Shown here: piece by piece, positions 52,169 through 61,338 of the stretch | Layout of the letters: every line of letters begins with the position of its first letter | Position numbering within the stretch: the stretch's first letter is position 1 | Made by a program: the position numbers and the translations under genes | Notes under the pieces: generated by a model | Database searches by the model: none | What the model saw: only the letters and a program-made list of their open reading frames with translations | What the model was told of the DNA's origin: nothing | Source of the DNA: Thermodesulfobacteriota bacterium | Lineage (GTDB): Bacteria; Desulfobacterota; Binatia; Bin18 | NCBI GenBank assembly: GCA_964291405.2 | Contig: OZ219926.1 | Location: 2,624,001 to 2,688,000, forward strand | DNA length: 64,000 nt | Reading direction: 5' to 3'

Positions 52169-53137
52169 ATGAAAGCCGTTCTTTTCGACCAGCTCGGTGG
52201 TCCGGAGGTCTTACAACTCGGGGATGCGCCCGACCCAGAGGTGCGGCGGGGCAAGGTGCTGATCAAGAATCATGCAATCGGCATCAACTTCGCGGATACC
52301 CTCTTCCGCCAGGGCCAGTATGCCATGCAGCCCAAGCTGCCGGACATCCCAGGGCTTGAAGCAGCCGGGGTGGTTGAGGCGGTTGGTGATGGCGTCGTGG
52401 GGATCAAACCGGGCGACCGGGTGACTTCGATCAGTATGAAGACGTATGCCGAGTACTCGCTCGCGTCAGCCGGCCAGGTCATGGCCCTGCCCGACTCGGT
52501 CAGTTTTGAGCAAGGCGCGGCCTTTCCGATTCAGGTGCTGACTGCGTACCATATGCTCTTTACCTCCCATAATCTGACCGCCGACCAGTCGGTCATCGTC
52601 CATTCTGCGGCCGGCGGGGTTGGCCTCGCCGCGGTGCAGATTGCCAAAGCGGCCGGTGCGCGGGTGATCGGCACGGTCTCGACCGATGAGAAAGCGGCTC
52701 TGGCCAAGGAGTACGGCGCGGACGAAGTCATCAATTATGCCACCCAGGACTTCGCGGAGGAGACGCTCAAACTGACCGACGGCAAAGGCGTGGACCTGGT
52801 TCTTGACGCCGTGGGCAAGCCAACCCTGGAGAAGGGTCTGAGCTGTCTGGCGCCGTTCGGCCATCTGATCCTCTACGGTCGGTCCGGTGGCGTGCCCGAC
52901 CCACTCAATCTGTTCGGGCTGTTCCAGAAATCCATCAAGGTTAGCGGCTTTATTCTCTATACGGTCTCGGCCATGCCGGAGGTCCATCAGAAGGGCATTC
53001 GGCAATCGCTCCAGCTCATGGACGAAGGCAAGCTCAAACTGCTGATTGGCAAGTCCTTTCCCCTGGCTGAAGCGGGCGAGGCCCATCGTCACATGGAGTC
53101 GCGCCAGTCGGTTGGGAAACTCGTGTTGATTCCGTAG
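52169..53137 (+). CDS. NADPH:quinone oxidoreductase (MDR family)
   Basis: GINFAD, PGLEAAG, HSAAGGVG, GKLVL. Confidence 0.92.
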   Translation: MKAVLFDQLGGPEVLQLGDAPDPEVRRGKVLIKNHAIGINFADTLFRQGQYAMQPKLPDIPGLEAAGVVEAVGDGVVGIKPGDRVTSISMKTYAEYSLASAGQVMALPDSVSFEQGAAFPIQVLTAYHMLFTSHNLTADQSVIVHSAAGGVGLAAVQIAKAAGARVIGTVSTDEKAALAKEYGADEVINYATQDFAEETLKLTDGKGVDLVLDAVGKPTLEKGLSCLAPFGHLILYGRSGGVPDPLNLFGLFQKSIKVSGFILYTVSAMPEVHQKGIRQSLQLMDEGKLKLLIGKSFPLAEAGEAHRHMESRQSVGKLVLIP

Positions 53138-53169
53138 GACGTGCGACAGCGAGACAAGGAGGCTCTGCC

Positions 53170-54489
53170 ATGACCTGGCAAGCGCAGTGGGGCGATAAAC
53201 TGGTGAGTGCAGAGGCCGCGCTCGACCGGATCGTACCGACCGACCATGTTTTTGCCGCTGGTCTGACCGGGACGCCGTTTACGCTGTGTCGGGCGCTGGT
53301 CGAAAACCGGGAGCGCCTGCGGGGTCTGCGCCTCAATACGCTGATTTCCCTGTTTGACTGGAACCTGCCCGGCCTCGACGAATACTTTCACTTCGAGTCG
53401 TGGTATCTGAGCCGACGCGAACGGCCCCTGCTCCACCAGGGCAAACTCGACTATGTGCCGGTCTCCTACTTCCGGGCGGAGGCCCTTCCCTACGGGATTG
53501 ACGATCTGGATGTGTATCTGGTGACGGTGTCGCCGCCCGACCGGCACGGCAACTGTAGTTTTGGAACGACTGTAGGCATGTCGCCGCTGATGACACAGCG
53601 GGCCGCGCGGGTCGTTGCCGAGGTTGACCCGAGTTTTATCCGAACGGGCGGGACGAACACGATTCATGTGTCGGAAATCGATTGCCTGGTCGAACGCCAG
53701 AGTCCGCCGGCCACGCTGGTCACGCCTGAGACTTTTACTCAGGAAAAGCAGGATATGATCGATGCCATCTGTATGCAGATCGCCAACGATTTGCTGGAAG
53801 ATGGGGATACGATTCAGATTGGAGCGGGCGATATGACCAGCCCGCTGCTCGGCTATGTCCATGGCCGGCGTGATCTCGGGATGCAGACCGAGATCATTCC
53901 GCCGGGGGTCGTGGCGCTGGTGCGGGAAGGCCTCCTGACCGGAACAAACAAGACCGTTCATCCAGGCAAAGTGGTGGGCACCGCCTTTCACCCCCAGTTG
54001 AGCGCCGAAGAGTTGGACTTTATTGACCAGAACCCGGTCTTTGAGCTGTACGATTTCAACTATACCGACGACATTCGACTGCTGAGCAAAGACCCACGCT
54101 TTACGGCCATCAATAACGCCTTGAGCGTTGATCTCACCGGGCAGGTCGCGTCCGAATCCATCGGCTGGCAGATGTTCACCGGTACGGGCGGCCAGACGGC
54201 GTTCTCCATTGCGGCCTGTCTGGCCGGTGGAAAATCCATTATTGCAGTGCCGTCGAGTTCGTTCCTCGACGGCGCACGGATTTCCCGCATCGTACCCACC
54301 CTGGCCCCCGGAACGGTGGTCACGACCCCGCGGGCTTTTGTTGACTATCTGGTCACGGAATACGGGATCGCCACGCTACGCGGCAAAAGCCTTCGCCAAC
54401 GCGCCCAGGCCCTGACCAGTGTTGCTCATCCGGACTTTCGGGCCGAGCTGCAGGAAGAGGCGGAACGGATGTTTTACGGAAAAGAGTAA
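53170..54489 (+). CDS. Acetyl-CoA hydrolase/transferase family (4-hydroxybutyrate CoA-transferase-like)
   Basis: DGDTIQIG, GMQTE, INNAL.VDLTGQV, GTGGQ, VTEYGIA.LRGK. Confidence 0.9.
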   Translation: MTWQAQWGDKLVSAEAALDRIVPTDHVFAAGLTGTPFTLCRALVENRERLRGLRLNTLISLFDWNLPGLDEYFHFESWYLSRRERPLLHQGKLDYVPVSYFRAEALPYGIDDLDVYLVTVSPPDRHGNCSFGTTVGMSPLMTQRAARVVAEVDPSFIRTGGTNTIHVSEIDCLVERQSPPATLVTPETFTQEKQDMIDAICMQIANDLLEDGDTIQIGAGDMTSPLLGYVHGRRDLGMQTEIIPPGVVALVREGLLTGTNKTVHPGKVVGTAFHPQLSAEELDFIDQNPVFELYDFNYTDDIRLLSKDPRFTAINNALSVDLTGQVASESIGWQMFTGTGGQTAFSIAACLAGGKSIIAVPSSSFLDGARISRIVPTLAPGTVVTTPRAFVDYLVTEYGIATLRGKSLRQRAQALTSVAHPDFRAELQEEAERMFYGKE

Positions 54490-54625
54490 ACGCGCCCTCC
54501 AACAAATCTACAAAGCTGGGTACGTTTACTCTTTCAGACCTGAGCCCGCAATTCCATCCCTCATTGACCCGGCGTGCGCAAGCTGTCATGAAAAGGGCTC
54601 ATATCTTCACTCTAAGGAGGACGCA

Positions 54626-55468
54626 GTGAAAATTGGTATTACGATGTTTGCAACGGATTATGCCATTCGGCCTGACATGCTGGCCAAAGAATGTGAGGAC
54701 CGGGGCTTCGAGTCCATCTGGTTTCCCGAACACACTCATATTCCGGCCAGCCGCAAGAGCCCGTGGCCGGGCGGCGGGGAGTTGCCCAAGGAATATTGGC
54801 ACACGCATGATTTGTTTGTCGCCCTGACGGCAGCCGCGGCGGTGACCAGTACGATCAAAATCGGCAGCGGCATTTGCTTGGTGATCGAGCGCGACCCGAT
54901 TACCATGGCCAACGAAGTGGCCTCCCTGGATCAACTCTCCAACGGGCGCTTGCTGTTCGGCATTGGCGGCGGCTGGAACGCCGAGGAAATGGAAAACCAC
55001 GGTACGCCATTCAATCGCCGTTGGAAGGTCTGCCGCGAGCGTATCGAAGCCATGAAAGAAATCTGGGCCAATGAAGAGGCCGAGTATCACGGTGAGTTCG
55101 TGGACTTTGATCCGATCTGGGCTTACCCCAAGCCGGTTCAGAAGCCGCATCCGCCGATTCTGATGGGAACCTTCAACGGCGGCTTGAAGCGGGTCGTCAA
55201 TTACTGCGACGGCTGGATTCCGGTTGGCTTCGACACCTCGACGCTGCCCGAGTCGATAAAAGAGCTGCACGCCCTGGCCGAGCAGGCCGGTCGCTCGCCC
55301 GAGGACGTGCCGGTGTCGGTTTTTGGCTCTTCCGATAAGGAAGAAGCCTTGGCCAGCCACCAAGAGCTGGGCGTTGAGCGGGCGGTGCTGTTTCTCCCCT
55401 CAGCCGATACCGATACCGTGCTGCCGCTCCTGGATCAGTACCAACCCTATATCGCAAAATTTGCGTAA
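54626..55468 (+). CDS. LLM-class (probably F420-dependent) oxidoreductase
   Basis: GFESIWFPEHTHIP, IGSGICLV.ERDPI, GIGGGWNAEEM; GTG start after AAGGAGG. Confidence 0.9.
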   Translation: MKIGITMFATDYAIRPDMLAKECEDRGFESIWFPEHTHIPASRKSPWPGGGELPKEYWHTHDLFVALTAAAAVTSTIKIGSGICLVIERDPITMANEVASLDQLSNGRLLFGIGGGWNAEEMENHGTPFNRRWKVCRERIEAMKEIWANEEAEYHGEFVDFDPIWAYPKPVQKPHPPILMGTFNGGLKRVVNYCDGWIPVGFDTSTLPESIKELHALAEQAGRSPEDVPVSVFGSSDKEEALASHQELGVERAVLFLPSADTDTVLPLLDQYQPYIAKFA

Positions 55469-55475
55469 ATCATTC

Positions 55476-55499
55476 CGGGGCGCACGGCCGTGCGCCCCG
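55476..55499. repeat. Perfect 24-bp palindrome after LLM gene
   Basis: CGGGGCGCACGGCCGTGCGCCCCG. Confidence 0.8.
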
Positions 55500-55744
55500 T
55501 AGCTCCTGAGTGCGTACACACTCGCCGGAGTATCTCTTGACATCGTCCCGGCACGAGAGGACAGTAGACAAGCCAACCGTGGGCGATGCACGCTTATCCT
55601 TTTCCTCATCTGGCTAAGCATCTATCCTCCATCGTTGACCGGTTTCTGATACCTCACCGTGCGGAGGTGTCGCTTAACTGGACGCGTGCCGGTCGAGCCG
55701 TGAGAGGAGCTGGCAGTGCGAGGCGTTCGGAGGAGGATACCAGG

Positions 55745-55852
55745 ATGTTCGGCATACCGCTGGAGGCCATTGCGATAGTAGGCTTTATTTTGGTGGCAGC
55801 TATTGCGATGTATCGTGCGGATCAAAAGAGAAAGAACACGTCAGGCGACTGA
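55745..55852 (+). CDS. 35-aa single-TM small protein
   Basis: GGAGGAGG RBS; MFGIPLEAIAIVGFILVAAIAMYRADQKRKNTSGD. Confidence 0.6.
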   Translation: MFGIPLEAIAIVGFILVAAIAMYRADQKRKNTSGD

Positions 55853-55968
55853 GTTGATCCGTCTTCATAGGAAGGTTTTTGCGGGGCTGCCATCGGCAGC
55901 CCCGCAGTCCCACAAGTCAGACCCAAAGTCCGGGCGCGGGTTTGAGGACTCCTGGTCTGTGTCCTCTT

Positions 55969-56334
55969 CTACAGCCGGGCGTCCCAGGCAGGTGCTTTCC
56001 AGTTCTTGGGGCCTCGCCAGCGATATTTTTCCAGATTGACCTTGCCATTGCGGTTGAACGCTACCCCCTCTTCCTCCAGCAGCCAGCGTTGTTCCTCGGC
56101 GCGCAGCACGTCGCCTCGCAGACTGATGCCGCCCGAGGCGTTAATCACCCGTTGCCACGGGACTTTTTTCGTCAACGGGCGAGGCAGGTGGCGGAGCGCC
56201 GTGCCGACGGCACGAGCGGCCCGGGGGGCGCTAAGCAGGGCTGCTACCTGCCCATAGGTCACCACTTTTCCGCGTGGCACCTGTGCGACCAAGCGATAGA
56301 CATGGGTAAAAAAGCGCGGCGGACGGTCTGGCAT
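55969..56334 (-). CDS. atl: Alkyltransferase-like protein (MGMT fold, Cys replaced by Trp)
   Basis: VPRGKVVTYGQVA, ARAVG, VPWQRVINASG, LLEEEGV. Confidence 0.88.
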   Translation of the reverse strand: MPDRPPRFFTHVYRLVAQVPRGKVVTYGQVAALLSAPRAARAVGTALRHLPRPLTKKVPWQRVINASGGISLRGDVLRAEEQRWLLEEEGVAFNRNGKVNLEKYRWRGPKNWKAPAWDARL

Positions 56335-56356
56335 GGAAAACGGGTCATCCCTCTAC

Positions 56357-56776
56357 TTATGAGGCCAGCACCCCAAGCTGCTTGAATAGCCCGAACACAT
56401 CCCACGAGAGCCAGACTTCTTCAATCTTCTCGTCCGCCAGGCGATACACTGCTACACCCGCGACCACGACTTCCCTGCCCGTTGGCGCAACACCCATGAA
56501 ATTGCCGTCGTGCGTGCCGTGGAAGGTCCAGCGGGCGACCACTTTTTCTCCTTGCGAGACAAAATCCTCTATCGTGAAATGGACGTTCGGAAAGCCCCTG
56601 CGTACCGAAGAGACGATCTGTTTGACATCGTCCGGGCCGCCGCCGAGATCATAGCCGGCCGGATAGTGGCTGACATAGGTCGGAGAAATGAGTTCATCAA
56701 TGGTCTCCATCTTGCCCTGATTGAGACAGTCTTCAAAATAGCGACGGACGATGGCTTTATTTTTTGTAATAGACAT
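56357..56776 (-). CDS. SnoaL-like ester cyclase family protein
   Basis: NKAIVRRY, GFPNVHFTIED, GTHDG.FMG.APTGR. Confidence 0.9.
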   Translation of the reverse strand: MSITKNKAIVRRYFEDCLNQGKMETIDELISPTYVSHYPAGYDLGGGPDDVKQIVSSVRRGFPNVHFTIEDFVSQGEKVVARWTFHGTHDGNFMGVAPTGREVVVAGVAVYRLADEKIEEVWLSWDVFGLFKQLGVLAS

Positions 56777-56812
56777 GAGTGTGCTTCCGATTACGTGTTG
56801 TGAATCTCGCGC

Positions 56813-57664
56813 TTATACATCCTGCTGTTCGGGTGGAGGTGATGGAGCGTCCTGCCGTTTGCGGCGCTCAGTCCGCTGGATGCCGGGCACCAGCTTGGAC
56901 ACGGTTGTTGCGCCCTGCCAGTCGCCCCGGACGTCTGCGGCAATGACGGTGACCCGGACCATTTCACTGACACCCTGGGGGTTCGGGAGGAGATTCGTCT
57001 CCAACCGTCCGTCCCTGGGTAGTAGGGCTTCGACATCCGGCGGAGGGAGCACGCCAGGGTCTTCGGGATAGTTGCCAATGGCCACGCGGTACTGGATCTG
57101 GGGTTGCTGTTGCACAACGACGGCCACCGGGTAGTCCAGGCCGGTCGGCAGCCGGGCCGGCACCTCAATTGTCACATTTGGTGAAGACTCACCAAACCGC
57201 CCCTCCCGATAGGTGGCCAGGCGTTTGTCAGTGTAGATGCGCCACTGTCCCGCGTCCTTCCGCAAAAGATGGGACAGAACATCGGTAATGACCACCTCGC
57301 CGGCTCCGATATTGCGGAAACGGTCGGCATAGCGCAGGCGCATAGAGGTCGTGATTGCCGCGCGCGTGTCGTCCGCCTCCGTGACATCGACCTTCTCAAC
57401 GCTCAGCGATACCTTGCTCTGCCGCAGCCGCGTCAGCACCTCGCCCACACCGCGCTTTGAGCGTCCGGTACCGCTGATGAAATCATCCGCATAGACGGCC
57501 AGCACCTGCTCCGGGTCAAAAGCTTCCAGCCCGCGAGCGAGCTGCTCCAGGGTCTGCCGCAGATCGGATGGAACCGATGGGTCAGCGGAGCCGTACGGGC
57601 GTTCACAGGCTGTCCCCATGTACACAGCCAGCAGCACTGCAGGGGCGAGACGCAAGGCGTTCAT
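56813..57664 (-). CDS. Hypothetical lipoprotein with NTF2-like domain
   Basis: MNALRLAPAVLLAVYMGTAC lipobox; YADDF...WRI NTF2-like segment. Confidence 0.6.
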   Translation of the reverse strand: MNALRLAPAVLLAVYMGTACERPYGSADPSVPSDLRQTLEQLARGLEAFDPEQVLAVYADDFISGTGRSKRGVGEVLTRLRQSKVSLSVEKVDVTEADDTRAAITTSMRLRYADRFRNIGAGEVVITDVLSHLLRKDAGQWRIYTDKRLATYREGRFGESSPNVTIEVPARLPTGLDYPVAVVVQQQPQIQYRVAIGNYPEDPGVLPPPDVEALLPRDGRLETNLLPNPQGVSEMVRVTVIAADVRGDWQGATTVSKLVPGIQRTERRKRQDAPSPPPEQQDV

Positions 57665-57762
57665 ATCTGAGGCTGTACAGAAAAGCGCGTCTCTCGACAA
57701 GCCTGGGAGTGATTCTGGCCACAAGCTTAGCCCCATCGAGGCTCGGCCACCTGGCAGACTGG

Positions 57763-58731
57763 CTATAGGTCCGGACGGCAGACACCACAGGGCGTATAAC
57801 CAATTGCTTCCGCTCGGGTACGTGAGGCAATGAACAGTCGATTTCCCGCCCGAATTCCCTTTGAGGCTTCGCAGTTCGGTCGGCAAAGTATCTGCTCCGT
57901 TTGCCGACCGACATAGAGTTGATCTTGGGCAATGGCAAAACCTGAGCGTGATGGAACAGTCGGTATACCCTCAACCGCAAGAATATCCCGCTTGAGCGCG
58001 ATTTTATTGCCGGCATAGCCGGTGAGGCTGCCATTACTGCCAACAATGCGGTGACAGGGAATCCGAATCGGCAGCGGATTGTAACGCAGGGCCTGCGCGA
58101 CCGCCCGGACGGCTGTGGGCCGACCGATTCTCTCAGCCAGCCCCCCATACGTTGTCAGGCTGCCATAGGGAATCTCACTCGCCGCCCGTAGGACCTGACG
58201 CTGAAAATCGCTCCGCATGAGAGCATCATCAATCACCCAATCAAGCGCTTGTCGCGAGCCGCTCAAGTACGCTTCAAGTTTCCGGGTCAGCGCCGCGGCA
58301 GCGCCCCCATGACCTTGAGAGCGCTCAACTGCAAATTTTTCTCCGAGCTCCTTTTCACTATTGCTGGAGTCGTTGGGAGAAACGAACTCAACCAGTGCCA
58401 CCCCCTTATCCGTTGTGCCGATCCGTAGCGGCCCGATAGGAGAATCCCAGATGCTCAGGACGAGGTGCGGCCGCGCGGCCACAATCAAATCGGTCAACTG
58501 TCTATCGAGTACGCGTCGAGCTGCGGCAAGTCCGGTCTCCGGGGCGGGTAAAGATCTCAGTTGGAGGCGGACCTGCTTGTACTGTTCCAGGCGCTGAGTG
58601 CAGTCTGGACAGACGGTCAGATGACGCTGGACTTTCTGCCGTATAAGCTGCGGATTTTCTCCAAGCGCTTCGGCAATAATATCGTCTTCCGCAAATCCAC
58701 ACGCGAGCGTGTTACGCTTTTTGGTTGACAT
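57763..58731 (-). CDS. Fusion: zinc anti-sigma (zf-HC2) + methylated-DNA-protein-cysteine methyltransferase + Ada metal-binding domain
   Basis: C11-x25-HLTVCPDC; DSPIG, IPYG..TY, IPCHRIV...GYAG; LCRPNC...GYTPCGVCRP. Confidence 0.9.
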   Translation of the reverse strand: MSTKKRNTLACGFAEDDIIAEALGENPQLIRQKVQRHLTVCPDCTQRLEQYKQVRLQLRSLPAPETGLAAARRVLDRQLTDLIVAARPHLVLSIWDSPIGPLRIGTTDKGVALVEFVSPNDSSNSEKELGEKFAVERSQGHGGAAAALTRKLEAYLSGSRQALDWVIDDALMRSDFQRQVLRAASEIPYGSLTTYGGLAERIGRPTAVRAVAQALRYNPLPIRIPCHRIVGSNGSLTGYAGNKIALKRDILAVEGIPTVPSRSGFAIAQDQLYVGRQTEQILCRPNCEASKGIRAGNRLFIASRTRAEAIGYTPCGVCRPDL

Positions 58732-59284
58732 GGCACCTCCTTTCTTCTCCTGTCACGGTCTGTTGCCAGCAAGTGCGCAGCTTCTTCAGGGCTTGATACA
58801 CATGCGCCCGGGCGCTGTCTTCGGAGCAGCCCAGGTTTTCGGCAATCTCTCGATAGGCGAGCCCTTCAAGCTGCCGCTGTATCAATGCTGTGCGTTGTCG
58901 GAAGGGTAAGGCACCAATCGCGTTCAGGAGGAGTTGGGCTGTCTCCTGCGAGTGAAACGTCTGTTCTGGTGTTGTCGGATGAACTTTTGAGGAAGGTATG
59001 GAGCCGTCCGCGACAAATATTTTTCTATAACGCTGGCGGCCACGAATATAATTTTTCACGAGATTTGTTGCAATCCGAAAGAGCCAGGCCCGGTGGTTCG
59101 CATCAGCTGGAAGGTCACCGTAGGCGCGATAGGCTCGGAGGAAGGTCTCCTGAAATAACTCCTGCGCATCGTCGCTATTGCCCGTACAGCGAATGAGATA
59201 GCGATAGACGGAGTGCTGATGGAGATCGACGATTTCCCCAAATGCACTCGCCTTGTTCATGGACTGTTCTGCCACAAGTGCCAT
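58712..59284 (-). CDS. ECF RNA polymerase sigma factor
   Basis: DAQELFQETFLRAY, WLFRIATN (region 2); LP..QR...GLAYREIAE.LG (region 4); may start at 59260. Confidence 0.92.
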   Translation of the reverse strand: MALVAEQSMNKASAFGEIVDLHQHSVYRYLIRCTGNSDDAQELFQETFLRAYRAYGDLPADANHRAWLFRIATNLVKNYIRGRQRYRKIFVADGSIPSSKVHPTTPEQTFHSQETAQLLLNAIGALPFRQRTALIQRQLEGLAYREIAENLGCSEDSARAHVYQALKKLRTCWQQTVTGEERRCHVNQKA

Positions 59285-59544
59285 TCCAATGACGTAGAGA
59301 GACTTTCTATAGCGTTCTTCCGCCTGAAGACGTTATACCCAGAACCCTGCTGGCAGGGGAGCGAGCATCCCAAGAAAGCAAGTCAGCGAAAACCACACAA
59401 TGAGCAATGAGCGATATATAGACATAAAACCCTGACCTCCGTCTCGTGTATTTCTCTTACGTTCTTTATATAAGACACCGGAGGGCGCTCTGTGTGAAAA
59501 AAATGATTGCCTGACAGCGCACCGGTCCGTATAGTCCGGGTGTC

Positions 59545-60273
59545 ATGCCGCGCATCGCGACACCGCTGGTTGCCCTCCTCGTTCTGGGCGCGCTTTCGAG
59601 TGTCCTGACCGCGCCGTCTCCCGCCGGGCGGGCCGGGTTTTTTCCGCTCGCCCTGCATAACACCTGGACGCATGAGGTCAAATTCTCCGGGGGAGATTAT
59701 CACTACTATATGATGGAAACCGTGATCCGCGACGATTTTCCGCTGCTTGACGGCGTGTCCTATATTGTTGCCGAGGAGTACGAACCCTTAACCGACAGAG
59801 CGCCCGAGGCGAAAAGCACGGTCGCTTACCTGCGCAAAGACGGCTTTCTCCTCCGCTACCCCTGGCTTGATTCTGAGGCTGACACGGTGTGGGATACGAA
59901 TCTTGGTGAAGGAATCGAACGGGTCCTGCCCAGCCCCTATACCGGAGAGCGGAGCTGGGAGGCCGGGCTCCAGACCAAGGCCTGGCCGCTTGAGGGCGGT
60001 CAGAACGTGACGGCCTCGGCCCACGCGCGGATCGATCCGGTAGCGGTTCGGGTTCCAGCCGGAACGTTTCGTAACTGTCTGCGCGTGGAAACCCGGACAA
60101 CGAGTAAAGTCGCCGATCCAAGGCGCAAGACCACGGAATTCCACCTCCACTACACCGAGTGGTACGCCCGGGGAGTGGGCTTGGTTAAAGCCATCAGCAG
60201 CGAGGGCGTGGGCACGCCGGTCAAGAGTGTCACCGAACTGCTATCCTATCGGGTCTATCCGCCGTCGGACTAA
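59545..60273 (+). CDS. Hypothetical exported beta-rich protein
   Basis: Signal peptide, FFPLA..NTW, VRVPAGTF.NC, EWYARGVGLVK. Confidence 0.75.
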   Translation: MPRIATPLVALLVLGALSSVLTAPSPAGRAGFFPLALHNTWTHEVKFSGGDYHYYMMETVIRDDFPLLDGVSYIVAEEYEPLTDRAPEAKSTVAYLRKDGFLLRYPWLDSEADTVWDTNLGEGIERVLPSPYTGERSWEAGLQTKAWPLEGGQNVTASAHARIDPVAVRVPAGTFRNCLRVETRTTSKVADPRRKTTEFHLHYTEWYARGVGLVKAISSEGVGTPVKSVTELLSYRVYPPSD

Positions 60274-60326
60274 CGTCGGTCTCGGACCGGAAAACTTGCT
60301 GATCTGCGCTCTTACGCTTCGGAGGA

Positions 60327-60355
60327 TGCGGCTGACCAGCGTCAGCGCAGTTTTT
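60327..60355 (+). terminator. Intrinsic terminator-like hairpin
   Basis: TGCG-GCTGAC-CAGC-GTCAGC-GCA-GTTTTT downstream of the 59545 ORF. Confidence 0.5.
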
Positions 60356-60404
60356 GCTTGACTTCCCTTTCCGGTTTGCTAGGCAGCATGGAGAGGGGGA
60401 CAGG

Positions 60405-61280
60405 ATGTATCCTAAAGCCATCGAGAATTATTTTGCACCGACTGATGTCGCCGAGGTGCTGACGCTCCTCAATCAATACGGAGAGCAGGCAAAACTTCTG
60501 GCCGGTGGTCAGAGTCTGATGCCGCTGATGAAGCTGCGGCTGGCCGAGCCGCAGACCATTATTGATCTGAATTCTGTGGCTGCGCTCGACGACATTCATG
60601 AGGAGGATGGCCGCCTCCACATTGGCGCACTCGCCCGTCATGCCGACGTGGCCACCCATCCGCTGATCCTGCAATCCTATGCGCTCCTGGCGGACGCCGC
60701 TCGGAATATCGGCGACCCGCAAATCCGAAACCGGGGGACGATTGCCGGGAGTCTCGTTCATGCCGACCCTTCAGCCGATTATCCGCCAGCGGTTATGGCC
60801 TTGGACGGCCGGCCCGTCGTGGCCAAGGCGGACGGTAGCACGCGGACAGTCTTGATTGATGACTTTCTGGCCGGCCCGCTGATGAGCGATATTGGTGAGG
60901 ATGAATTGGTCACGCGGATTGAAATTCCAGCGCCTGCCGCTCATTCCGGTGGCGCATACGCAAAGCACAGCCAGGTCGCTGGCGACTTTGCCATTATCAG
61001 CGTGGCGGCCCAGGTTACACTGGACCAGAGTGGGGTGTGCCAGCAGGCAAGCATCGTTGTTGGCGGCGTGATGCCCAAACCGTGCCGGGCTGAGCAGGCT
61101 GCTGGTCTGCTAAAAGGAAAAACCATTGACGCGACGCTCCTGACCCAGGCCGGAGAAGCTGCAGCCGAGGAAGTGGAAGCCGAGGATGATGTCAGAGCCT
61201 CGGCAGACTATCGTCGTCAGCTTATCCGAGTCACAGTGCCGGAGGTGGTGCGTCAGGCCAGCGGCCGAGCAGAAGAGTAA
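60405..61280 (+). CDS. Xanthine dehydrogenase family FAD-binding subunit (CoxM-like)
   Basis: LAGGQSL.P.MKLR, IGDPQIRNRGTIAGS, DVRASADYR. Confidence 0.92.
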   Translation: MYPKAIENYFAPTDVAEVLTLLNQYGEQAKLLAGGQSLMPLMKLRLAEPQTIIDLNSVAALDDIHEEDGRLHIGALARHADVATHPLILQSYALLADAARNIGDPQIRNRGTIAGSLVHADPSADYPPAVMALDGRPVVAKADGSTRTVLIDDFLAGPLMSDIGEDELVTRIEIPAPAAHSGGAYAKHSQVAGDFAIISVAAQVTLDQSGVCQQASIVVGGVMPKPCRAEQAAGLLKGKTIDATLLTQAGEAAAEEVEAEDDVRASADYRRQLIRVTVPEVVRQASGRAEE

Positions 61281-61338
61281 ACGTACCCTCCACATCATAC
61301 AAAGCTGCTAGCGTATTTACCCTGTGAGGAGAGTCGGC

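Noticed and set aside
59285-59320. Autoregulatory ECF promoter (GAAC...CGTC) upstream of the sigma gene
   Set aside because: The spacing of 19 nt is longer than the usual 16-17 and no second copy was found to support it
60274-60404. Moco riboswitch upstream of the molybdoenzyme
   Set aside because: Pairings exist (ACCGGAAA/TTTCCGGT) but I could not match Moco motif features; a terminator plus promoter explains the region
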